Shown: positions 8,545 through 16,342 of the stretch, piece after piece
Layout: each line of letters begins with the position of its first letter
How positions within the stretch are numbered: the stretch's first letter is position 1
NCBI GenBank assembly: GCA_964640355.1
Contig: CAZXGW010000002.1
Coordinates: forward strand, 5,161-38,847
Reading direction: 5' to 3'
Length of the DNA stretch: 33,687 nucleotides
Source of the DNA: an uncultured Enterobacteriaceae bacterium
GTDB taxonomy: Bacteria > Pseudomonadota > Gammaproteobacteria > Eutrophobiales > Eutrophobiaceae
Translations under genes and position numbers: made by a program
The notes under the pieces: model-generated
The model's database searches: none
Seen by the model: the letters and a program-made list of their open reading frames with translations, nothing else
What the model was told of the DNA's origin: nothing

Positions 8545-9714
8545 TCATTTTTTACCTCCGGCGGCGGCGACGGCCTTGTTGGCGGCATCGGCCAGATCAT
8601 CGGCCGGTGTAATGGTCAGGCCGCTGCCGGCGAGAATCTCCCTGCCCTTTTCGACGTTGGTGCCTTCCAGGCGCACGATGACCGGTACGTTGACACCGAC
8701 TTCCCTGACGGCCTTGATCACGCCTTCGGCAATCAGGTCACAGCGGACGATGCCGCCGAAGATGTTGACCAGGATGGCCCTGACTTTCGGATCAGACACG
8801 ATCAGCTTGAAGGCCTCGGCAACCCTTTCCGCCGTTGCGCCTCCGCCGACGTCGAGAAAGTTCGCGGGTTCACCGCCGTGCAGCTTGATGATGTCCATGG
8901 TCGCCATGGCCAGCCCCGCGCCGTTTACCATGCAGGCGATGTCGCCGCCGAGCGTTACATAGTTCAGATCAAAGCGTTTGGCGATGCTTTCCCGCTCGTC
9001 TTCCTGCCCCGTGTCGCGCCATTCTTCGAGATTGGCCTGCCGGTACAGGGCATTGTCATCAATGGACACCTTGGCATCGAGCGCTTCCAGGTTGCCGGCG
9101 CCGTTGAGTATCAGCGGGTTGATTTCGATCAGGCTGAGGTCCTTGTCGATGAACAAGCGATAAAGCGCCCTGATGATCTGGTCCAGCTGTTTCTGTTGAT
9201 CACCGTTCAGGCCAAGCGCGAAACCGATGCGGCGTGACTGGAAATTCTGGACGCCCATGACCGGATCGATCGCGGTTTTGAAGATCTTTTCCGGATCGGT
9301 GGCGGCGACCTCCTCGATGTCCATGCCGCCGGCGGACGAGGCTATCACGGCAACACGCCTCCTGCCGCGATCGACCAGCATGCCGAGGTAGAATTCTGCC
9401 GCGATGTCCGCCAGTCCCTGGATCAGAACGCAGTTGACAGGCTGGCCTGATGGGGCGGATTGCTTGGTAACGAGCCGCGTACCCAGCATGTTCCGGACAA
9501 CGGTTTCCAGTTCTTCCAGGCTGTTCGCGCGCTTGACGCCGCCGGCCTTGCCGCGGCCTCCGGCATGTACCTGCGCCTTGATGATCCAGGCCTTCCCGCC
9601 GAGCTCGGACGCGCCGCGTATCGCCTCCTTTACGGTGTGTGCCGGCCTGCCAGGCGGAACCGGTATGCCGTACTCGGCGAACAGTTTTTTTGCCTGGTAT
9701 TCGTGGAGGTTCAT
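8545..9714 (-). CDS. sucC: Succinyl-CoA synthetase subunit beta
   Basis: Start trimmed to the ATG at 9714, which gives the canonical [13 protein letters not shown]-terminus. ATP-grasp domain. 389 aa. Lies directly upstream of sucD. Confidence 0.93.
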   Translation of the reverse strand: MNLHEYQAKKLFAEYGIPVPPGRPAHTVKEAIRGASELGGKAWIIKAQVHAGGRGKAGGVKRANSLEELETVVRNMLGTRLVTKQSAPSGQPVNCVLIQGLADIAAEFYLGMLVDRGRRRVAVIASSAGGMDIEEVAATDPEKIFKTAIDPVMGVQNFQSRRIGFALGLNGDQQKQLDQIIRALYRLFIDKDLSLIEINPLILNGAGNLEALDAKVSIDDNALYRQANLEEWRDTGQEDERESIAKRFDLNYVTLGGDIACMVNGAGLAMATMDIIKLHGGEPANFLDVGGGATAERVAEAFKLIVSDPKVRAILVNIFGGIVRCDLIAEGVIKAVREVGVNVPVIVRLEGTNVEKGREILAGSGLTITPADDLADAANKAVAAAGGKK

Positions 9715-9884
9715 TTTTATTCTGCGCCCGGCGCCGCCTGGGTACTGGATGATCCCGCTTGATGTTGGTATTTTCGGGTATCGTGGAAAATATAGCCAAA
9801 TCTGCAACTTATTGGAACCGGTATTTTCGTGTCATGGGTAATGGGGTGAAGGCGTCAGGTAATGGCCTGCAGTAACGGGGTGAT

Positions 9885-10109
9885 ATGGGTCTGGTCCGGT
9901 TACTGCTAGCGGCACTCGCGGTGTTTCTGGTTTATGTCATCGTCCGGAAGGTAAGCCTTTCTTACCGCTCTGGAAGGAGTCCGGTAAAACCATCTAAAAT
10001 GGTACAGTGCAGTCATTGCGGCATCTATGTTCCAAGGGAGGACGCGTTGATAAACGGCAAGGGGATATATTGTTGCGATGACCACCGCATTCTGGATGTT
10101 GAGGAGTAA
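9885..10109 (+). CDS. Small membrane-anchored Cys-rich (zinc-ribbon-like) protein, possibly PP0621 family
   Basis: 74-aa ORF with one N-terminal TM helix (LLLAALAVFLVYVIV). The C-terminal motif is CSHCGIYVP..IYCCDDH. Its last codons carry the GAGGAG Shine-Dalgarno sequence of pilS, 5 nt before the pilS ATG region. The family name is from memory and not verified. Confidence 0.6.
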   Translation: MGLVRLLLAALAVFLVYVIVRKVSLSYRSGRSPVKPSKMVQCSHCGIYVPREDALINGKGIYCCDDHRILDVEE

Positions 10110-10113
10110 GTGA

Positions 10114-11721
10114 ATGGGCAGATCCGAGAGCTCGGCTTATCCGGAAACTTCCTGGCAGGCATTGCAGTATTTCAACCTGTATCGTTTTCTTGTCGCGTTC
10201 CTGTTTGTCTCGCTGGTATGGATTGGGTCCGTTCCCCAGCCGCTGGGCATGACCAGTATCAGGCTGTTCTCCCTCGCAGCCCATATATACCTCGCCAGTT
10301 CCATTGCCATAGCCTTCACCACCAGGTTCAGGACGATTCCCTACAATCTGCATGTCACCGCTCACGTGCTGGTCGACGTGGCGGCCATCACCCTGCTGAT
10401 GTTCGCCAGTGCGGGCCTCAGCAGCGGCTTCGGGATGTTGATGGTCATCGCCGTCGCGGGAGGAAGCATTCTCTGTGCCGGCCGCATCGCCATTCTGTTC
10501 GCCGCGATCGCCACGCTTTTCGTACTGGGCCATGAACTGTATGTGCAACTGGCCAAGTATTATCCACCCGCCAATTACACCCACGCGGGATTGCTCGGCA
10601 TCACGTTCTTTGCGACGGCGATACTGGGTCATGCGCTGTCCGCGCGCGTCAGGAGGAGCGAGGCCCTGGTCAAGCAACGTGAAGCCGATGTTGAAAGCCT
10701 GGCGCGGCTGAATGATCACATTGTGCAGCACATGCAATCGGGCATCATCGTGCTCGATGACGCCTGTAATATCAGGCTGATCAACCAGTCGGCGTGCGCG
10801 CTTCTCGGCCTGGAGAGAAAAATTTACAATAAGCCCGTGGCGGCTGTCTCCCCGGAACTCGCCGGAAAGATTGACCAGTGGCTGCACCACGGCGGCATGC
10901 GGAGTGTCATTGTCAGTCCCGCCAGAAGCGAGATTGAAATCCAGGCATCCTTTACCCGCCTGCAACCCGAAACAAGACTGGGTATCCTGGTTTTTCTCGA
11001 AGACGTTGCCATGCTGAGGCAGAAGGCCCAGCAGATGAAGCTCGCTTCCCTGGGAAGGCTCGCCGCAAGCATTGCCCACGAGGTGCGCAATCCTCTCGGC
11101 GCAATCAGCCACGCCGGGCAGTTGTTATCGGAATCGGGGTCCGTCAACGGTGAAGACAGCCGCCTGATCGAAATCATCATGCAGCACTCGTACAGGGTGA
11201 ATTCAATTATCGAGAATATGCAGCAGATCAGCCGGCGGGAACAGCCCACGCCGGAAAACATCAACATCAAATCGTGGCTGGGCAATTTCATCGAGGAATT
11301 CAGCCGAAGCAGGAACATCGAGAACGGCAGGATCAGCAGCATCGTGGAGCCTCACGACCTGATCGTATGCATGGATCCAAGCCAGTTGCACCAGGTATTA
11401 TGGAACCTCAGTGAAAATGCGATTCGCTACAGCGATAGTCACCCGTCGCTCGAATTCAGGTGCGGCCTGAGGGCGGAAACGGAGAGACCATACCTGGATA
11501 TCATCGATCACGGACCCGGCATTCCGGAGGACGTGAAAGACCACGTATTCGAGCCGTTTTTCAAGGTGAATTCCACGGGTTCGGGACTCGGCCTTTATAT
11601 CGCCCGCGAACTGTGCGAGGCCAACCAGGCGACGCTCAGCCTGCATTCCTCCACCCGCAACGGCTGCTGTTTTCGCATCAATTTCCCGCCACCGGATGCA
11701 CCCTGCAACCTGGTTCAATGA
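10114..11721 (+). CDS. pilS: Sensor histidine kinase PilS (type IV pilin regulation)
   Basis: 535-aa ORF. The N-terminus has about 6 TM helices. H-box SIAHEVRNPLGAI, N-box NLSENAIRY, and G-boxes DHGPGI and GSGLGLYI. Its stop overlaps the pilR start (ATGA). Confidence 0.85.
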   Translation: MGRSESSAYPETSWQALQYFNLYRFLVAFLFVSLVWIGSVPQPLGMTSIRLFSLAAHIYLASSIAIAFTTRFRTIPYNLHVTAHVLVDVAAITLLMFASAGLSSGFGMLMVIAVAGGSILCAGRIAILFAAIATLFVLGHELYVQLAKYYPPANYTHAGLLGITFFATAILGHALSARVRRSEALVKQREADVESLARLNDHIVQHMQSGIIVLDDACNIRLINQSACALLGLERKIYNKPVAAVSPELAGKIDQWLHHGGMRSVIVSPARSEIEIQASFTRLQPETRLGILVFLEDVAMLRQKAQQMKLASLGRLAASIAHEVRNPLGAISHAGQLLSESGSVNGEDSRLIEIIMQHSYRVNSIIENMQQISRREQPTPENINIKSWLGNFIEEFSRSRNIENGRISSIVEPHDLIVCMDPSQLHQVLWNLSENAIRYSDSHPSLEFRCGLRAETERPYLDIIDHGPGIPEDVKDHVFEPFFKVNSTGSGLGLYIARELCEANQATLSLHSSTRNGCCFRINFPPPDAPCNLVQ

Positions 11722-13037
11722 AAACGCCGACAGCCCTGATCATCGATGACGAACCCGATATCCGCGAGCTGCTGGAGATAACGCTCGCGCGCATGGACAT
11801 AAAGTGCCTGTCCGTTGAGAACCTGAACGGGGCGAGGCAACTGCTGGAAAAGAAGAAGTTCAATATCTGTCTCACCGACATGCGCCTGCCGGATGGAGAC
11901 GGCATCGATTTCGTGGGGTACGTGCAGGAGCATTACCCGGACATGCCGGTGGCCGTCATAACCGCGCATGGCAGCATAGAGACCGCGATCCAGGCATTGA
12001 AATCGGGCGCCTTCGATTTTCTCACCAAGCCCGTCGATCTGGGATTGCTGCGCGTCCTGGTCAAGAGCGCCCTGAAACTTTCCGGAGAGAAGGTGCCGAC
12101 GGCGCGGAAACTGATTGGCAACAGCCCGGCCATGAAAGCTATCCACGAGTCCGTCGGCAAGCTTGCGCGCAGCCAGGCGCCGGTCTATATCAGCGGCGAG
12201 TCGGGTACCGGCAAGGAGCTTGTCGCGCGGATGATCCACGAACAGGGGCCGCGCTGGTCCTTTCCCTTTATCCCGGTCAACTGTGGCGCCATTCCCCACG
12301 ATCTCATGGAAAGCGAATTTTTCGGCCACAGGAAGGGCAGTTTTACGGGGGCTGTGGCCGACAAAATCGGCCTGTTCCAGGCGGCGGACCAGGGCACGCT
12401 GTTCCTGGACGAAATCGCGGAACTGCCGCAGCACATGCAGGTAAAACTGCTGCGCGTGATCCAGGAAAAAACGATGAGGCCGATCGGCGCCACCCGGGAA
12501 ACGCGCGTGGATGTCCGCATCCTGAGCGCCACCCACAAGAACCTTTCCCGGCTCGTTGAGGAAGGCAGGTTCCGCCAGGACCTGTTTTACCGCGTCAACG
12601 TGATCGAATTGCAGATTCCCCCGCTTCGTGACCGGCGCGAGGACCTGCCGCTGCTGATTGACTATATTCTCGGCAAGCTCTCTGAGGGATCGGGCACGCC
12701 GCTACCGGCATTGGCGGATGAGGCGAGGGAGGCGTTGTACGCTTATTATTTTCCCGGAAACGTCAGGGAACTGGAAAACATCCTTGAACGCGCCCTTACC
12801 CTCTGTGACGGCAAGCTCATCAGGCGGGAAGACCTGCAACTCCCGGTATACCGGGAAAAGGTACCGGCGCACGCCGGCGGCGATGTGGCCCTCGATGACT
12901 ATCTCGGTGACGTCGAGAAGCAGAGTATCCTGCAGGCCCTGGAAAAGACCCGCTGGAACAAGACGGCGGCGGCGCGGAGGCTCGGCATCAGCCTGCGGGC
13001 GCTGCGATACCGCCTGGAAAAACTGGGGCTGGATTGA
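11718..13037 (+). CDS. pilR: Sigma-54-dependent response regulator PilR
   Basis: Start trimmed to the ATG at 11718 (MKTPTALIIDDEPDI). Receiver domain (LTDMRLPDGDG), AAA+ sigma-54 activator domain (GESGTGKE, ESEFFGHRKGSFTGA) and a C-terminal Fis-type HTH. 439 aa. Confidence 0.9.
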   Translation: MKTPTALIIDDEPDIRELLEITLARMDIKCLSVENLNGARQLLEKKKFNICLTDMRLPDGDGIDFVGYVQEHYPDMPVAVITAHGSIETAIQALKSGAFDFLTKPVDLGLLRVLVKSALKLSGEKVPTARKLIGNSPAMKAIHESVGKLARSQAPVYISGESGTGKELVARMIHEQGPRWSFPFIPVNCGAIPHDLMESEFFGHRKGSFTGAVADKIGLFQAADQGTLFLDEIAELPQHMQVKLLRVIQEKTMRPIGATRETRVDVRILSATHKNLSRLVEEGRFRQDLFYRVNVIELQIPPLRDRREDLPLLIDYILGKLSEGSGTPLPALADEAREALYAYYFPGNVRELENILERALTLCDGKLIRREDLQLPVYREKVPAHAGGDVALDDYLGDVEKQSILQALEKTRWNKTAAARRLGISLRALRYRLEKLGLD

Positions 13038-13238
13038 TATCGCAGTAATACCATGATGATGTCAGGCCGGAGCCAGAGGGCAGGAGATGGAGGACGGTTT
13101 TTGTAAGGTTCTGACAAATATGGGCAATCCAGAATTCTCCGGTGCCTGATCCCGGCTGCCGGTGTGTCCAGCAGGATACCTTGTATTTCAGGGGCTTATC
13201 GTTAAAGGACTGCCACGCCGTGGCCGGTGGACTTTAAT

Positions 13239-13254
13239 TGGCATGCCTTGTGCT
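13239..13254 (+). promoter_or_regulatory. Sigma-54 (-24/-12) promoter of the pilin genes
   Basis: The sequence TGGCATGCCTTGTGCT has GG at 13240-41 and GC at 13252-53, the exact 12-nt GG-to-GC spacing of the TGGCAC-N5-TTGC consensus. It lies about 130 nt upstream of pilA1 and next to the pilR activator gene. Confidence 0.75.
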
Positions 13255-13382
13255 GTATTTGAAATGGTTGACATGACTACCACAACCGCCTGAGAGCGGG
13301 GTGAGGGGTTGTGTTAAACTGATGTCACTGGCGGGATAGCTACCCGCCACCTTTATTTAGCTAAATTTAAGGAGAATATGGC

Positions 13383-13829
13383 ATGAAGATAATCCAACAG
13401 GGTTTTACCCTCATCGAACTGATGATCGTGGTGGCGATCATCGGTATCCTGGCAGCGGTAGCCATTCCGTCCTACCAGGACTATACGGCCCGGGCCCAGG
13501 TGGCGGAAGCCATGAACCTGAATTCGGGCATGAAAACGGCACTTGCTGAGTGGTATTCCGATAAGGGTGGCTGGCCGGCGGCGGTTGCCTCGGTGAGCGG
13601 GACGACCTCCGGCAAGTATGTCGCCAGCATTACGTTCAGCAATACTGGTGCCCAGACGTTGAATGTCGACGCCACGATGGCAGCGACCGGCGTCAATTCC
13701 AATGTTGCCGGCCAGGTGTTTTCAACGGCCACCACCAGCGGCGGCCAGCGCTGGAGCTGCGGCGTCCTCGGCCAGGCGGGCGTCACTACGACGCTGGCAT
13801 CGAAATACCTGCCGGGCGCCTGCAAGTAA
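13383..13829 (+). CDS. pilA: Type IVa major pilin, paralog 1
   Basis: 148 aa. Short leader MKIIQQG followed by [27 protein letters not shown] (class III signal, Gly-1/Phe+1/Glu+5). C-terminal disulfide loop C..KYLPGAC. A strong AAGGAGA Shine-Dalgarno sequence lies 8 nt upstream. Confidence 0.93.
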   Translation: MKIIQQGFTLIELMIVVAIIGILAAVAIPSYQDYTARAQVAEAMNLNSGMKTALAEWYSDKGGWPAAVASVSGTTSGKYVASITFSNTGAQTLNVDATMAATGVNSNVAGQVFSTATTSGGQRWSCGVLGQAGVTTTLASKYLPGACK

Positions 13830-13846
13830 CACGGAAAGTCAACCGG

Positions 13847-13874
13847 AAAAGGCCACCACCAGGTGGCCTTTTTT
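13847..13874 (+). terminator. Rho-independent terminator after pilA1
   Basis: AAAAGGCCACC-ACCA-GGTGGCCTTTTTT: a perfect GC-rich stem followed by a T-tract. Confidence 0.85.
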
Positions 13875-13879
13875 AAATA

Positions 13880-14332
13880 ATGAAAACAATCCAGCGGGGG
13901 TTTACCCTCATCGAGCTGATGATCGTGGTGGCGATCATCGGCATCCTGGCGGCAGTCGCCATACCGTCCTACCAGGACTACACGACCCGGGCCCAGGTCT
14001 CGGAGGCCTTGAACCTGACCGCCGGTCTCAAAACCGCACTGGCCGAGTGGTATACCGACAAGGGTAGCTGGCCGGTGGCTGTCGCCTCTCTGGGCGGCAC
14101 AAGACCCGGCAGGTATGTCGCCAGCATTTCGCTTTCAAATGCTGATGATGTGAACGGAGTATTGAATATCGATGCCACCATGGTGGCCAGCGGCGTCAGC
14201 GCCGCGATTCAGGGGGAAGTCTTTTCCGTGGCCACCACCAGCGGTGGTCAACGCTGGAGCTGTGGCAAGATCGGGCAGGCGGCCGTTACGACGACGATTG
14301 ATTCCAAGTACCTGCCGGGGGCCTGCCGGTAG
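13880..14332 (+). CDS. pilA: Type IVa pilin, paralog 2
   Basis: 150 aa. About three quarters identical to paralog 1 by manual alignment, with the N-terminal 35 aa nearly identical and the same C-terminal Cys loop. The ATG lies 6 nt after the pilA1 terminator T-tract, with no visible Shine-Dalgarno sequence. Confidence 0.85.
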   Translation: MKTIQRGFTLIELMIVVAIIGILAAVAIPSYQDYTTRAQVSEALNLTAGLKTALAEWYTDKGSWPVAVASLGGTRPGRYVASISLSNADDVNGVLNIDATMVASGVSAAIQGEVFSVATTSGGQRWSCGKIGQAAVTTTIDSKYLPGACR

Positions 14333-14350
14333 CACAATCGATACCTGGAT

Positions 14351-14380
14351 AAGGCCACCTCGAGGTGGCCTTTTTCTTTT
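14351..14380 (+). terminator. Rho-independent terminator after pilA2
   Basis: AAGGCCACC-TCGA-GGTGGCCTTTTTCTTTT. It has the same stem as the pilA1 terminator with a different loop. Confidence 0.85.
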
Positions 14381-14473
14381 GTGTCATTATCATTACACAG
14401 CGGCTTCAGCGAGAATTGAGGCGGTAAACAGGACTGGCGCCCTCAACGTCGAAACACCGGTTAATCGCAGAGG

Positions 14474-16342
14474 ATGCAAAACAATTTTCGCCTGATACCC
14501 GGCCTGCTGTTTTCAGCCTGTATCCTCTTCACGGCCGCCTGTTACTGGAGCGGCCTGAAGGGGCCCTTGTTGTTTGACGACATTCCTCACCTCTTGCCTC
14601 TTGTCAATGGCGAGTTCAGCGGTAGCAACTGGGATGAATTCCTCCTGAACAAATCGGGACCCCTGAAGCGGCCTGTCGCCATGGCGAGTTTCATCGCCAA
14701 TGCCTTCCTCCATGGTAACGACATCTGGTGGTGGAAGTTCACGAACCTGGTCATCCACCTGTTGACCGGCGTCGCAATTTTCTACTTCACCCTGCTACTG
14801 GTCGCCGCCGATCGACAGGCGGTAAACAGGGAGGCCTGGTGGATCAGTATGATAGTGGCGGGTATCTGGCTGGCGCACCCGCTGCATGTCAGCACCGTGC
14901 TGTACACGGTCCAGCGCATGACCCAGTTATCCGGGTTGTTCACTTTGCTGGCCATGATCGCCTATACCGCCGGTAGGACAAGGCAGATCCAGGACAGGCA
15001 CGGCACCCCTCACCTGATCGCCGCGTTTTGCCTGTTCCTTCCCCTCGGCATGTTCAGCAAGGAAAATGCCCTGCTGTTATTCGTATACTGCCTGCTGCTC
15101 GAATTACTCCTGCTGGGGTTCTATTCACGCTCAACTGATTTCCTGGCCGGGAAACGGCTTGCCTGCCTGTTGTTGATCCCGGTGGGCGCCGGGATGGCGT
15201 TGCTTCTCCTGTTCTTCGATGAAATGGTGTTGAGCAAATACGTCATCCGCGAATTCAGCCTGGCGGAGCGGCTGCTGACGGAGGCTAGGGTGATGGTTCG
15301 CTATCTTGGCATGATCCTGCTGCCAAGGCGGGAAGCCCTGGGCCTGTTACACGACGATATTGCCGTCTCGGCAGGCCTGCTACAGCCCCAGACGACACTG
15401 CTCTCCCTGTTGGTAATCATTCTTCTGCTCGGACTCGCCTGGTGGATCCGGCAGACGCAGAAGCTCGCTTCCTTCGGAATCCTGTTCTTTTTTTCCGCGC
15501 ATTTGCTGGAATCCACCGTGTTTCCGCTCGAACTGGCGTTCGAACACAGAAATTACCTCGCCTCGTTCGGGGTGATGCTTGCCGCCGTAGCATTGCTCTG
15601 GCGCATCCCGGTTCCTGAATATACAAAACGACTTGCCGGGCTGGGGATCATTCTGGCGCTGCTGCCGCTGACCTATCTGCGCAGTGACGACTGGTCGTCC
15701 GGCGGGAAACTCATCGATGCCATCTATGAGGTTCATCCGGAATCCAGGAGGATCCGGGCCGCCAGGGCTGACCGGCTGTCTAAGGCGGGGCGGTTTGAAC
15801 AGGCCAGGGCTCTGCTTTCGGTTCGACATGGAGTGGGCGAATTCTTCCAGCGGCTGAATATCGACTGCCGGCAGGAAAAAGCCGTGAATGACATTCTGTG
15901 GGAGGGGAGGCCGGCATTTTCCACCAGGATCCTTGACATGTATGCCATCAATGAAATCCGGAAATTCTCCCTCGCGGGCCTCGCGCGTGAATGCCGGTTT
16001 TCACGCGACAGGTTCCTTGCGCTCCTGGAGGAGATCCTGGCCTATCCGATGGTCGATAAATTCGAGGGCCACAAACTTTTTGTTTTCAAGGCGCATTATC
16101 TCTGGCAGGAAGGCAGGAACGAGGAAGCCTATGACAGCCTGGAGGAAGCGGCGAGACTGGTGCCTGATGATCCCGTCCCGCTATATCTTGCGGCGGAATG
16201 GTCGGCGAGGACGGGTGATATTCCACGTGCTGAAGAATATATAACACGGGCGATGAATCGATCCGACTTTAACCGAGAATTGCACGCGAAGCTTGCGGCA
16301 GGCGTAAGACAACTGATAGTTGATCAGTCGGGAAAGCAATGA
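14474..16342 (+). CDS. Polytopic GT-C-like membrane glycosyltransferase with C-terminal TPR domain (TMTC/PMT_2-like), paralog 1
   Basis: 622 aa. The N-terminal region of about 400 aa has about 10-12 TM helices. An Asp-Asp pair follows TM1 (LLFDDIPHL). It shares conserved blocks with the next gene (GPLKRPV, KFTNLVIHLL, FSKENA, ERLLTEARV, ESTVFPLELAFEHRNYL). The C-terminal region of about 200 aa contains TPR-like repeats. Confidence 0.7.
   Translation: MQNNFRLIPGLLFSACILFTAACYWSGLKGPLLFDDIPHLLPLVNGEFSGSNWDEFLLNKSGPLKRPVAMASFIANAFLHGNDIWWWKFTNLVIHLLTGVAIFYFTLLLVAADRQAVNREAWWISMIVAGIWLAHPLHVSTVLYTVQRMTQLSGLFTLLAMIAYTAGRTRQIQDRHGTPHLIAAFCLFLPLGMFSKENALLLFVYCLLLELLLLGFYSRSTDFLAGKRLACLLLIPVGAGMALLLLFFDEMVLSKYVIREFSLAERLLTEARVMVRYLGMILLPRREALGLLHDDIAVSAGLLQPQTTLLSLLVIILLLGLAWWIRQTQKLASFGILFFFSAHLLESTVFPLELAFEHRNYLASFGVMLAAVALLWRIPVPEYTKRLAGLGIILALLPLTYLRSDDWSSGGKLIDAIYEVHPESRRIRAARADRLSKAGRFEQARALLSVRHGVGEFFQRLNIDCRQEKAVNDILWEGRPAFSTRILDMYAINEIRKFSLAGLARECRFSRDRFLALLEEILAYPMVDKFEGHKLFVFKAHYLWQEGRNEEAYDSLEEAARLVPDDPVPLYLAAEWSARTGDIPRAEEYITRAMNRSDFNRELHAKLAAGVRQLIVDQSGKQ

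Noticed and set aside
8493-8600. N-terminal extensions offered by the ORF track for sucD. The same issue applies to sucC (to 9807), pilR (from 11460), trmJ (from 28574), purM (to 30616), the DUF2066 gene (from 30413), wrbA (to 33356) and arsC (to 33672).
   Set aside because: Internal ATGs reproduce the canonical N-termini of these families. The extensions are Pro/Arg-rich or overlap the upstream gene.
9994-12536. Long antisense ORFs opposite pilS (9994-11112, 372 aa) and pilR (11715-12536, 273 aa)
   Set aside because: The pilS and pilR frames carry complete kinase and sigma-54 activator motifs. The antisense translations are low-complexity and Arg/Gly-rich.
13038-13238. PilR upstream activator sites and an IHF site ahead of the sigma-54 promoter
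   Set aside because: Only a single GTGTC-type motif (13164-13168) and no convincing WATCAA-N4-TTR match were found by eye. This is insufficient to annotate binding sites.
13378-13386. Mini-ORF ATG GCA TGA overlapping the pilA1 start
   Set aside because: The Shine-Dalgarno spacing is only 3 nt to this ATG, against an ideal 8 nt to the pilA1 ATG at 13383. It is most likely incidental.
14435-14450. TGGCGC-containing sigma-54-like sequence upstream of the GT-C operon
   Set aside because: The position 12 nt after the GG reads GT, not GC, and the -12 region is ACGT rather than TTGC. It does not fit the -24/-12 consensus.
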